From: Eledone cirrhosa
Lineage: Eukaryota
Direction: 5' to 3'
Length of the DNA: 64,000 nt
Assembly (NCBI GenBank): GCA_964016885.1
Contig: OZ024746.1
Coordinates: forward strand, 87,358,001-87,422,000
This document shows positions 1 through 13,219 of this stretch, piece by piece (position 1 is the first letter of the stretch; the number at the start of each line of letters is the position of its first letter). A model generated the notes under the pieces. It was not told where the DNA came from and ran no database searches. It saw only the letters and a list, made by a program, of their open reading frames with translations. The translations under genes and the position numbers were made by a program.

Positions 1-99
1 ATGTTTAGGCAAATTACAGAGGCAGTAAGCATAAAAGAATTAAAACCAAAATTAAATAGAAAATATGAGTGGAACAGCAACATCACAACTTACAATTAA
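1..99 (+). pseudogene. C-terminal end of a Penelope-like GIY-YIG endonuclease ORF (continues upstream of window)
   Basis: Frame +1 reads MFRQITEAVSIKELKPKLNRKYEWNSNITTYN*, matching the R-x-I-x-EA-x2-I-x4-P-x-LN terminal motif of PLE GIY-YIG domains; a hammerhead motif and a (TA)n-joined end follow. Confidence 0.65.
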
Positions 100-376
100 G
101 GACAAAATGAAAACACACACACACATAGAACAAACAACTTACAATTGAAAACACACACAAAATGAAAACACACACAGGACAAAATGAAAACACACACACA
201 CATAGAACAAACAACCAACCAACAATAAATAAATAAACAAATAGAAAAATGAACACAAACACACACAGACACCCGGATGTGGCACATGCGCAAACTGAGC
301 ACACAACACACACACAGAAACAAAATGGCGTAGGATAGAAGAAAGAAAAGGCACAAAAACGAAGAAAGGAATCCCC

Positions 377-421
377 AGTCACTGAAGAGGTCACAGAGTG
401 TGTGACGAAAGGACTATGACT
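377..421 (+). ncRNA. Minimal type I hammerhead ribozyme motif in PLE 3' repeat
   Basis: AGTCA-CTGAAGA-G-GTCAC(agagtgt)GTGAC-GAAA-G(ga)C-TA-TGACT: stem I AGTCA/TGACT, stem II GTCAC/GTGAC, intact core, CUA triplet. Confidence 0.8.
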
Positions 422-613
422 ATATATATAAACAACTATCTGGTTTTGGAACCAACCAACCAACCAGAAATTTATAAGTTTGTAGAATTGTAAATTTATA
501 AATTTATAAATATATAATAAATTGAAGTGAAAGCAACTGGTGCGTGTGTTTCTTATTGGCAACATGACCCTCCCAAAGTATAACAATATATATATATATA
601 GAGATATATATAA

Positions 614-663
<50 letters not shown>

Positions 664-1014
664 ATATACATATATATATATATATTTATATATATCTCTC
701 TCTATCTCTCTCTCTTTCCCTCTCTATCTCTCTTTATATATATATATATATCAAAGGTATATATTGTGTTAGAAACTCAAAATAGTCTCTTACAACAAAA
801 TAGTTCAAGGAATTAGATTTTTTTCCGAGCCGTATACTATAATTGAATATAAAAGAAAAACGAACACAGATATATACATATGTGTGTTCAAATCGTAAGG
901 GATCAGATTCGCTAAGGTGAAAAGAATACTAACTATAGACAATAGGGTTTGCCAGCCTCAATTTAAGGATAAATCAAGAAAATAAATACAAACCGGAATT
1001 TAGGTAACTACCAA

Positions 1015-1093
1015 TCACCCAGACAGCGTTGATCAGCTGTCTCGCAAAATTAATTGTGAAGAGGAATACCGATTTTTGCTCATCAGTGGGTGA
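1015..1093 (-). ncRNA. Type I hammerhead ribozyme motif with one core substitution (GAAA>GAGA)
   Basis: Minus strand: TCACCCA-CTGATGA-GCAAAA...TTTTGC-GAGA-CAGC(tgatcaac)GCTG-TC-TGGGTGA; 7-bp stem I, 6-bp stem II, 5-bp stem III, GUC triplet. Confidence 0.8.
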
Positions 1094-1210
1094 ATAATTA
1101 GTATGCTGGACACTTCTAAGTATATTACAAAATAGAATTGTGTGTGTATATATAATAACGATTTGAACACATATATGTATATATATGTGTTCTTTTTTCT
1201 TTTATATTCA

Positions 1211-1276
<66 letters not shown>

Positions 1277-1279
<3 letters not shown>

Positions 1280-1421
1280 TGGTAACACAACAGTTATTTC
1301 ACTATACCGAGAACAATTGTTTGACCTTAGCGGATCCTCAGCTCGTAATGGACGAGCCGGTTATCCGCTAAGGTGAAACAATTGTTCACGTTATAGTGAA
1401 CTAACTGTTGTGTTACCACTT
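1277..1421. repeat. Fold-back (palindromic) insertion with a mutated hammerhead in each arm
   Basis: Arms 1277-1346 and 1352-1421 are reverse complements. Left arm on minus: CGAG-CTGAGGA-T-CC(gctaa)GG-T-cAAA-CAATTG-TT-CTCG; right arm keeps GAAACAATTGTT but the CUGA box is mutated. Abuts (TA)n. Confidence 0.8.
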
Positions 1422-1939
1422 TTACCTAACTCGTCCCATGGACTGAGTGCTCTACCACTACGGATATTATCTTCCAGTGTTCTACCTCTCTCTCTCTCTC
1501 TCTCTCACTCTATCTCTCTCTCTATATATATACACGCTTTACATTGGTGGTTCAACACTAGGTAGAACTGGCCTCTCCTCGAAGTATATCATGATGTAAT
1601 ATTATGAAAGCATACTACGTTATGCATTTCATCCGCTAAAGATGGATGAGATACATAACTTCGAGTGCTTCCATAATATTACATCACATAAGACAGCAAC
1701 ACGACAGAGTAGTCATTCAGAGACAATCCGCCAGAATCACAACAGGGCATTTAATTACCTCTGTTAATTGAATGCCCTGTTTTCATTCTCGTTTTTTTCT
1801 TTCTCTGTTTTTTCGTAGCTATTATATAATTATTTACTTGGTGATGTCAGTTGGTTTATAGGTAACACTGAAATGTGCATAGTGTTTGCGGCAATACAAT
1901 ATACGTATGTGTGTGTGTATTCATACAATATTTTGGAGT

Positions 1940-2104
1940 CGCAGGCTTAGAAAATAATTTTAAACATGACGGATTCTTTAAGCTTTTAGCATTTACATTA
2001 CTATATTTTCTCTTGTGGTTTCACGGTAAAAGCTTCGATAACATAAAGTACTAGTAATGTACTGGGTAAATGCTGACCTTGTGCCAAAAGTAGAAACAAT
2101 TATT
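1940..2104 (+). mobile_element. Degenerate copy of the tRNA-derived SINE
   Basis: 3' part tcgataacataaagtactag...gctgaccttgtgccaaaagtagaaacaatta matches the reverse complement of the SINE copies at 14.3, 33.9 and 55.5 kb; 5' boundary approximate. Confidence 0.6.
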
Positions 2105-4349
2105 TATTTTGAAAACAATATCTTAACATAACTATGAGCATCATGTTACAGCTGGTTTGAACAGAAAGAGGTGAGATAATTATGGCTGGTTACAGCCAGT
2201 TTACATTCTAAATATAAAAATATTAGTATATTGAGTAAATATCCCACCCAAAATGTGGACCCTGTCGGGCAATAAGTATGAAACATTTTATCTAACAAAT
2301 ACTGACTAAGTACTCGAACAATTGTGCTAACGGATTTCTGTAATAATAACAACACAAGTAAATCACACTAGTTGTATTTAAACAAAATTGTATGCAAAGT
2401 ATTGTACTATTTCCTCTTCGCATGCATATCGTCCTAGCTGCAATACAAGGCTAATACCGCTACTCTAGAGCAATGAAGCAGCCCTTTAATACAATTGCTT
2501 CAAACAATGGTGTGAAAAAGGACAGAAACATTACAAGGATTGTATGTGAGAATATAAGATATACAAATGTCTTTCTATAAATATATGTAACTCCCCGAAA
2601 CGTTTTGAGGAAACTATATGTGGGTATTTCGAAGGAAGGGTCGTGCATCTATTGTCAATAAAGTGAAACTAGATTTATACATTAGCAACTGACATTTATT
2701 TACTTCCACATTATTATATCAACTTACCTTTTCTCATTGATATAACATCCATTTTATTAATATGCCTCGTCTTGGGAAATGAATCATGTTACACATCATA
2801 TGCTTATATATACCATCAAAACATTGCAATTTAAACTCACCCATCTGATCGTTACTTATGTAAATGATATCCATATATATCTGTCCTCCTCAACAGCAAC
2901 TTAAAACATGAAAATATCTGCAACTATTGAAATATCATATCTGGAAACAAAGAAAACGAACATGCGTTTTCTAGTTTTTCCTATTCCTTTCGGTTTGGTC
3001 TTTATATTTGTTACTGTTAAATGTCTTTCTCGGTAGTTGTTCATCAAAAGACGCAACGATAAGGTTAGATTTATTTGTCCGACATTGTTCTTCAGCGTTT
3101 AAGACGTAAACAAAACCTCATTCATCAAAACAAATTTATTACATTTTTTGGCACACAACTGTTTGGGGGTGGTTTATCGATCGCTTATGACGCTCATAAA
3201 TGGAATATACAGAAATTAACCAGAACTAACTTGAAATATATCTAACATCAAATAATACAAACCCATACATTTATTTACGTCTAGAGACAGATTTAAGTTT
3301 AAGTCCGTCCCACAATATGACAGGGATTTCTGAATATTGGAACAGAGAAGAATTTCATATCATTGAACAACAGGAACATATTACCTCCTTATATCAATGA
3401 GGAAATATGACATCATTTATGCTCGAGCCTCTCAAAACCACACGGACCTTCAAGTATAGGAATTTGTAATGCTGTAGCCTTAAAAAGAAATTACTATTGT
3501 GAACATTTAGAAATACAGGCCGCCCTTCTAATACGTATTTATTTTGTCTCTTAACAATAGTAATTGTCACAAACAGCATCTATAATCTCGATAGGGCATT
3601 TTCTCGTAACAAAATGCTTTCTAAGGGCACACAGCAGCCTAGTCATCTAAGGGATGTCGACATATGGAAACTGGTTACGTAATGTAAAAGTAAAAGAAAG
3701 AATGGTTTTAAGTTACGCAGTTAACATGGTCTATAATGATTATACTATATAGGAAAAAATTAAAAATAAACTGAAAATGCATATATATATATATATATAT
3801 AGATATGGATTGAAATCTAGGTTCTTGAACGGGAATGTGTTGGAGTGAGCAGCCACATTCTTGGTTATATTGTTTGGTTTTGTAGCTTAAACTAGCTTTA
3901 CAAATGTACATTTTGAAAGTCACCTTAGCGCTGATGTTATATATATTCATGATTCCCTTAAATTATTGATGGTGTGCTGTCATCTTTGCCACAGATTCAG
4001 ATTTGTTTGTGAGCGGGAAAATAATTACCAAACCAACTCCTGAGACCACTGACTAGCAGACATGTAAAAATCCTGCCCTAGAGGAAATATTCTCTGGAAT
4101 TTATGAATATTATTTCAAAGAAAGGAAGACACATTAACACTATATTCTCAGAGAAACGGAAAAAAAACAATAACAAAAGGTTGTAACATATATTTCGATT
4201 TTAGTCCGAAAAACAATGCAATCTATAGATATCTCCAACAAAACGTAAAATGTCTACTAAGGTCCCCAAAATGAGAAGCAGCTAAGAGGAATTTCCGGAT
4301 ATAAAACGGAAAACGTCAGCTAAAAGTACTAAAACAGATAACGTTAAAC

Positions 4350-4404
4350 GCAAAGCTGTATTCCATAACACAAAGCTGTATTCCATAACGCAAAGCTGTA
4401 TTCC
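4350..4404. repeat. 20-bp minisatellite, ~3 copies
   Basis: caaagctgtattccataaca repeated in tandem. Confidence 0.85.
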
Positions 4405-4634
4405 TGAGGGTGGTACATGCAACTTGACAAGCTACGTAAGACATGTAATTCAATATATATGACATGTAACTATTGCTATGGACGTTAAGCTTGTCAATCA
4501 AGTTTGATATTCTCAGCAGAGATGTTGGCACGCAGTCATCAAATCATATAATTAAGAATCTACATTACAGAAAATTTCGAGTCGAAATATACAAAGTTAC
4601 CGAGAACGGAGACTAATATATATATATATATATC

Positions 4635-4723
<89 letters not shown>

Positions 4724-6130
4724 ATATATGCATGTGTGTGTTATGAGCTAAATTTAAAACAAAATGTCTATATATCACCGATTGTTTTCATGCATCAGTG
4801 TCCTTCCTAGTAGTCTGTCAAATAATTCCACAGTGATAGATATGTACGGAGTTAGTATGTGTCAAATTGCTGACGGTCTTTCAAAATAGTTTAAATTCCT
4901 GATCCATCCTTCTGGATACATTTCATTTGCATGGTTTCTTTCACTAGTAGGAACATATACGCGAGTACCGTTTTAATGAACCGACATTTTAGCTATACCC
5001 CACGAATGGATATTGTCCTGTTTTAAAAATAAGAAATGTTATATTTCTAATGAAGGATTTATGGTAACATTCATGCCATAATAGATATTTCTATTTAAGC
5101 CCTCACGTAGCTGTTCCTGGAATAAATACGTATGTCATAAACAATTGTAAACGTGCACACTTTTTCTTTCGTCTATGCCTATAATATTTTATGGTGAATA
5201 ACATGCTATTATTAAGGGCGGACAGATTCAATTGATAATCTGGGACATTTTTTTATCTCTCTTCAGATTATGATGCTAAATCATCGACATCTGTCTTCTA
5301 ACCTTACGAATTATTACCTTTTTTTCAATATATTTCATGGCATTACTTAAGAGATATAACACTTCGCCCGACTGTTTGATGTTCTAGCTGCAACTTAACT
5401 ATCAGATGAAATGATGACAATTTATTAGTAAACGATTCATTGATTGTAAATCAATAAACAGATTGGCTGGTAGTACTTCAGCAATTATTTTATAGAGTTA
5501 GAAGAGATGAAAGTCAAGACAGTTCCTAGATCAATTTGATCTTTAAAGGAGAAAGCTGGAATTAGATACTTCAACATTTCCTTTTGATGCTTCACTGCCT
5601 CCCATATTTCTAACATATCTCCTCCACGTCACATAACAACAATAAAACTAACTACTGTTGCTGATACTTCTAATTCTTCTACTTCTACTGCGATTTATTT
5701 ATCTCGAATGTTTAATTCTACTTTTATTCCTGGTGGTTTCGTTACCAAGGTTTCTTCCAATCGCGGTCGATTTAATTAATCTGCACGTCAAACAACCAGA
5801 CAAATATTACTGCGTGAAGACATTTATTAGACGAAAAAAATTAAATAAAAAAAGAAATGAGAGGTTGCTTTTTGCATCTTGTGACACATTCTTCATTTCA
5901 TTCGATACCTGATTTTTATCTGTCAGTTAATAACATCAAGAGGTTGTTATTTTAAGTTAGACATGTAATTCAGGGTTCAAATATTGCCAATACTGAAGAT
6001 AGTAATATATTTACTCTTTTACTCTTTTACCTGTTTCAGCCATCCGGCTGAGGCCATGCTGGGGCACACAATATATATATTAATAATAAAAGCGAACTAA
6101 AGACTAAAATCAGAAGAGGCTTGAAAAGAA

Positions 6131-6197
<67 letters not shown>

Positions 6198-6523
6198 AGT
6201 AGAGCAAATATTTAAGGTAAAAACAGACGCCTTAATGTTTAAGAAAAGAATCACTGCCTTCATTGTCAACTTAGAAAATAGTGACATGACATTATGAATA
6301 ACTCGACCAAAAGTATGTTGTCACATTAATGCTACAACTAGTATTAATGTGGCAACATGCCTCTGGTTGCATTATTCATGCACTCACTATTACCTAAATT
6401 ATTGTGTTCACTCAGGAGAAATGTATTAAGTGCTATATCATTGACTGCTTTGTGACACTTTTCGGAGGTCGTGTGCTAATCTACTACTTGCAGCTGCAAC
6501 TTCGATTATACTCCTTACTATTT

Positions 6524-6589
<66 letters not shown>

Positions 6590-7362
6590 CATTATCGGAG
6601 AAAGCTTTTTTGCGATACCCCGGCAAAATTCCAACTCACTAAACAAACATTAGGAAATAAGTGAGTAGATTCCTAATTAAACATTCGGGGTGCTAACTAA
6701 ATGTATTGTGTGGAAAATTAGCTGTATTATTTCATATGAGACATATTGAATATATCTCTTCCCAGAAGGACGTCTCGTTTCATTATAAGATTCCTACAAT
6801 TAGGGTGAAATTATACCAATTTATGTAGGAGCTTGTATACGATCAACAGATGTATATTCAAGTGCGCTCTTATAATTCATCAGTGGGTGTCCAATAATAC
6901 TAATATTGATAATCTAACAAATATCAGTATTTAGCGATAATCACCATCAGTGCCTGAGGTATCTGCTAGGCTGCTACTCCAGCAGCTCTAAAGAAATACT
7001 CAAACCGATTCAAAAATGAGGAAGTATATTACCGCCACAAAAAACAATACATGCGCAGGACAATGCATTCTAAAAGGAATTAAGGCCACGTGCTAGAACT
7101 CAATTGGAACTTGAAAAAATATCTATGTGTGTACAACGTTTGATGACACACATAGATATTTTCTCGGGTAAAATAACAGAATGAGATACAAGAAACAATC
7201 AATATTCATATATAAAAAAAATAAACAAAGTTAGTCAAGCCATATATCGGGAATTTCATATCTGTTGCACCAAGAGTAAATAAATAAATACATTATCGGA
7301 GAAAGCTTTTTGCGAGACTCCGGCCAAATTAGATAGATAGATATATACATATATATATATAT

Positions 7363-7500
7363 AACGAAGGGGTTGTGGTAAGGAAACAGATGGACATAAC
7401 CCACCAGAGTACTCAATATTCAGGGTAGTAGAGTGGGTAATAGGAAAATGTTTGACCCCGACGGCAGAGTTCAATCCGTTTCGAAGGCTATTTCTGGACC
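7363..7500 (-). mobile_element. Family A short (TA)n-embedded repeat, single arm
   Basis: aacgaagg..gtggtaaggaa..gtagtagagtgggtaatagg..ccccgacggcagag..tttctgg shared with copies at 30.2, 41.6, 42.2, 45.3 and 63.4 kb; TA repeats on both sides. Confidence 0.8.
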
Positions 7501-9210
7501 CTATATATATAGCATTGGCCGAATTGAAGTAAGCTTTGATTATGTGAATAAACACAGTGATATATGTATTACGCCTGTTTATGTTTTGGTTTAAATGTTT
7601 GATGGATTTAATTTGTATACATAATCGACGAAACAAATGAAACGTATCCCATATACACCAGTTGAAGTGACAATACCTTTTTCTATTGACAGCGTTTTGA
7701 AACTGTCAAACAGATCTTGTTTGTAGCAACTCGGTTATCTTTAGTTGAGCAATTTTAGAGCGTTTCTCTGGGATGGGCATGCAAATAACCATTTGTGTTT
7801 CATCTCAAATACTAGCGGACATATTTTGTCAGGCAGCTTATCTAAAACTACATCATCGAATATTTTAAAATTATTTAAGATTTATGTGATAATGACGGCT
7901 AAATCTGTGAGCTTATGAAACCATATATTAGATTCTAAACAAGAACATCTGCTCGGGGAACGCACACAAAATGATAAATTGTGAGAGATATAAGAGTATT
8001 CATCGTTTGAGAGACACACATATAGAAGCATACTATGACGGTAGGTGACACTCTGCTGGTGAGAGCTATAACATATATATATATATAGGTGCTTACATGA
8101 ATGGATACATGCGTAGTTGGAATCCGCTCTCTCTGCCTCATCTTATGTTTTCCCACTTCCTATTTTAAAGGTCAAACACTTGGAAACAAGGATGAACTTT
8201 TTTGAATTGGTATATTTGCGAAATATTTTGTGATTGGTATTCATTTAATTCTTTTCACTACTTTGGTAAAGGGCATTATCCGAAGCGTCAAGTGTCTCAT
8301 GATTTGATGTAAACATTTCTAAGGTTTCAAGGATTTCTTATTTGCGCACTTTTTTGTAATATCCTGTACACATTTAGTTATAAAGGTGTCTTATTGTATT
8401 CTATGTGTTTCACTCTATGTTTATCTTTATGCAAATCCTGCCTTTTAAAACCTTGTTCCATCATATAGAGGAAAATGTTATTAAATATACACATAAACCA
8501 TTGACCAAATATCATCGATCCTTACCATAAATTCATCGATAGAATGCGCTACACACATGCCTGAATAAAGTAAACACGAATACCAAGCAACAACAGGCTA
8601 CTAAACCGCAGAATGTACAACAAATAAATTAGGTGCTATATAAATTTCAAAACAAATCCTATATAAATCTCAAAAGAAATAATTCTCATTTTGTTGCGAA
8701 TATCATGATCAAATTTTTCGCAAAGATGTTCTCGTCGTTAATAACGCAGTTATAAAAAGAGGCCGTCACAATGTTGCTCCGTACAGTAAGTGCAAATACA
8801 AAACAAGTTAATCATGAAATCAGAATTCTATATAAACTTCTAGAGAGAAGGAGGAGTCTCAATTTGGAAGCTTTCCTATCGGAATTTCAACAAAATATTG
8901 CAAATACCTGTAATCGATGATAATAACGTATAAGCTTTTAGCTTTGGGACTTTGTAAATGCTCTCATTTCCATTATACTTTACAGCTGCTTTTAAATACA
9001 TTACCAATGATCATCCAGATCATCCTGATTCTGAAAGTGGTGAATCGAAAGTTTAAAGTACACAAAGATTTAAAAAGACTACTTTTCCAAGCTATACATG
9101 AATTTGAAATAGGGAATCACAAAAAATGCAAGCGAAAAACTAGGCAAGTAGAGTGATGTTATACGTTCTAAACTTGTGTGGGAGTATATGTGTGTATTCT
9201 CACTCTCGTT

Positions 9211-9253
<43 letters not shown>

Positions 9254-9266
9254 CGCGCGCACACAC

Positions 9267-9309
<43 letters not shown>

Positions 9310-11096
9310 TGTCAATAGTTAGACAAAGACAGAGATAGATAGATATCTAGTAGGTGTGAGAGAGAGTGAGTGATAGTCAGGGAGAGAGAAAATCAGACAC
9401 ACATACATTAAATCGAGAAAAGCTAAGTTATTCATGCAAATATAGTGTGACAAGTTGTGCACTGTATTCTGGCAATGAATTGACTGTAATTGCCCTCGTA
9501 AATCTAAACTAATTGTTTGTTTCTTGTAGTAACTTCGTTTTATTTTTAATCTTTGTTTTTTAGTCTCTTTATCTATGCAAATGTTGTAAGTGATTGCTTC
9601 GGCATGATATAATATTTTAGCTGGAGATATTCTTTTTACGATTGCAATTATATGTTAGAGCAATTTGTAAACGAAGCGACACTCCTTAAAAATCGAATTT
9701 AATTCGGAGAACGATAGGAATATCTGATATACTTTTTGCATATTTCTTTATCTTTATTTAAATGTTATGCTATGTAAAATTGTTTTGCTCTTCTCGAGAT
9801 GAGCTACGACACCAAGAACCTGGAAAAATTTAAGTAAAAAACAGGAACGTTTTTTTTAGATCCTATATTTTGATGTCCCATTCTGATTTTATTTTCTATT
9901 TATTTATTTGAACACATTTATTCTTGGGATTTACTAATTTGATATATGTAAAACCCGGTGAGAAATCATTCTCCACTGTAATTCTCCACTGTAATTTGAA
10001 TACACCAAGCTATTTCCTACAAGATTACGCTTTTTCCTCGTAACGCGTCTTCTTTTTGGTGAGAAGTCTTTATCTGGAGGAACATTCTCGGAACTTTATC
10101 CCTTTTTTTTCAAAGTATAACATATTGCCTCATATCGTTTTTTATATTCCTACAGCAATGGAAACTGCAAGTGGATAACGAAGCCAAATACCGATAACTC
10201 TTACAGAAAGAGGTTTACACTTTTTATTGCCAGTATTAAAAGCAAATATTCACCAAAATATCTTCAATGTCACAACTGTCTTAATTCTTAATTTACGATT
10301 ACACATGCCTATAAATTGAGGATAATAAGAACATGCATGGATACAAAGGATAGCCACTACTTCGGGCATTCATGTAAAAGTATTAGAACTCAAATGATAC
10401 AAATTATTTTCGTTAAACAAAATGTCATAGCCATTAATATTCATAATGCTAACCGAGGCAGAAAATTATTCTAGATCTATGATCTAACTAGAATGAGTTA
10501 AGATCAGGCACATGAACAGATATACAAAATAATATTATATTAAAGAAATGTAAATAAATCCAACAGCACGGTGTGTATCCTTATTATGAATTCTCCCAAA
10601 AGGATACTTTACTAGTAATCCCCTTCAGTAAAATTTTAAAACGCATCTAAAGGGAGGTGACCATATCCAAAATTGAAGTGCAGTATGTATTACAAGGAAG
10701 AATAAATGTAGGGCAGATGTAATAAATGATACGCCTCATATATCTGGTTTCCCTATGAGAAAGATCGTGGCTAAATACACAAATTGATTATTCTAGAAAG
10801 AAAAATCTAACCTTCAAACTGGCATGCATTCTGCCCTGCCACAATATAATCAACCATATTATTCACTTAATTATCGATGTTTAAACCCTTCCGTATTAAT
10901 TTATTTTATTCTATCCTATTGACTAACTAATTCTTTAAAATATTTACTCTTTTACTTCTATATAACATAATGTATATTGTTCTAAAAACATTAATAATAA
11001 TAGTATGGATAATACTTAATAGTTGTTAATAATAAAGTATGGATAATACCTGTTTCCCTATATGTATTTTTTACATGTAGGAATTCATACTTTATT

Positions 11097-11144
<48 letters not shown>

Positions 11145-11986
11145 TAAACCTGAACAATGTGAAAGCTCAAAAGAGCCACATAATGTTATAATACACCTTC
11201 AAAAGCTAATGTTCAATATCTCATATTAGATGTTTAGTAATGATTAATACGAAATGCACTTAAACCGAATTCTATATTATAAATTCACTTAAATAATTAT
11301 TGTGTCGTCTTGAGTTCGTTATGTGTCTCTTTTTTCATAAAAGGATATCCACAGATTGTACGATAGATAATGATTACAATAGTTTTGAACAACAACTCAA
11401 GTCCCACCCTTTTGAAGGTTTTTTATAACACTCTGTAGCTCTTTAGAGCTTGCGCAATTTTCAGGTCTACTTTAATATTTTGTTTAACGCTTGTAATAAC
11501 TCTAGTTAAACATGATATATATTAATAATAAATTATCGTTGTAATGTAATTAGATTATATAATTGTTATTTTATAAAATATCTTATAAATATTATTGTAA
11601 GATGTATAACAATAGTATCAGACTGTTAATAGTTAATACAAATTTAAAGAATCATATATAAATTAACAATATAAATTACCAAAACGAGAAAAATATTTTC
11701 GTGATAAAACGACGAAACACTGGAGGAAGATTCGATAGCGAAAAGATAAATAAACGTGGAAACAAAGTGGCGGATGCTTTTGAGCTACAATTACTCTCGT
11801 TGGCTGATTAACCAATAAGACGATACATTACATAAAAGACGTTTGGGAGGCATCACCACAGACAGCGATACCCCTTGAAATTGTTATTCACAAGCTACGC
11901 ATGTATGTCAGTCAAGTCGCACACACACACAATCATGTATCAGAACACGCAGACTTAAAACATTGTGTTGTTATTCACTGCGTGTC

Positions 11987-12093
<107 letters not shown>

Positions 12094-12106
12094 ATATATA
12101 ATAAAA

Positions 12107-12549
12107 AATTGAACAGGGACAGAACAGAGAGGCAGTACGACAAATGTTTATTAGATTCACGCTCAGGAGAGTGGGGAGTAGGTGGAGGACGACGTTTCGG
12201 GCATAAGCCCTTCTTCAGGTAAGAGTTCAAAAGGTGTGTAGGGGAGTGGTGGAGAGACATAATGCGTGGAAGGAAAGACAAAGTGTGGGAAGGTGTGTAA
12301 AGTTCGGAGAAAGGTCACGGCGTATTAGATCGGGGTTGAGCCGATTGTTAAGTTGTTCCAAGGATGGAGGCCGTGTGAGCGTGTGTTTTGTATAATAACA
12401 AATTGAACAGGGACAGAACAGAGAGGCAGTACGACAAATGTTTATTAGATTCACGCTCAGGAGAGTGGGGGGTAGGTGGAGGACGACGTTTCGGGCATAA
12501 GCCCTTCTTCAGGTAAGAGTTCAAAAGGTGTGTAGGGGAGTGGTGGAGA

Positions 12550-12553
<4 letters not shown>
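12107..12553 (-). mobile_element. Penelope-like/retrozyme partial tandem, 294-bp period, hammerhead in each repeat
   Basis: 12107-12259 recurs almost identically at 12401-12553. Each copy has minus-strand CTGAAGA-A-GGGC(ttat)GCCC-GAAA-CG-TC (about 12187-12222 and 12481-12516). Bounded by (TA)n. Confidence 0.8.
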
Positions 12554-12599
<46 letters not shown>

Positions 12600-12604
<5 letters not shown>

Positions 12605-12678
12605 ATAATAATAAAATTGAAGATCCCGTTAAGGGTGAAATCAGCGATTCTTTGCTTAAACTTTAATCTGTTATTTTA

Positions 12679-12685
<7 letters not shown>
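12600..12685 (+). mobile_element. Family B fragment: inverted terminus fused to a partial hammerhead
   Basis: agtaataataataaaatTGAAGA (terminus also at 27.53 and 34.87 kb) is joined to TGAAGA-T-CCC(gttaa)GGG-T-GAAA-TCagcGA-TT; same motif on minus strand at 34475-34512. Confidence 0.65.
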
Positions 12686-12758
<73 letters not shown>

Positions 12759-13137
12759 GACACGTAGTGAATAATGCCCCTTTCCTGGAGCTTAATTATT
12801 GTAAAGGACTGAGAGCTTATTCTCAAAATATTATATAGTATATATATATATATAGATAAAATTGTAAGTTTGAAGAATTATTAGATAACATATTTACAGT
12901 ATTTCCTCGCCGTAGTCCGTAGAAATCAACCACATAAATAATCATTTAAACGAGACTATAAGTTTAAAATGTAACTATGAAGAAATAATAGACAAATGAT
13001 ACAGACTATCTTCCGCGAGGGATAGCCAGATAAAATTTACCTAGTCTTTCCCTTTAGCCTGTACAAATTGACTACAGAAATAATCAACTACACGGAGTTA
13101 GGTATAACATAGTAGTTAGATGAAAAATCCATATAAA

Positions 13138-13219
<82 letters not shown>

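Noticed and set aside
83-586. 167-aa hydrophobic Cys/Val-rich ORF on minus strand
   Set aside because: Antisense reading of CA-rich tandem repeats in a PLE tail.
4760-5620. Possible CR1 endonuclease remnant on minus strand
   Set aside because: Only faint fragments such as IIAEVLP; too degenerate to call by eye.
8984-9056. Possible terminal exon AFKYITNDHPDHPDSESGESKV*
   Set aside because: Only an acceptor-like site and a short unrecognised peptide; no supporting exons.
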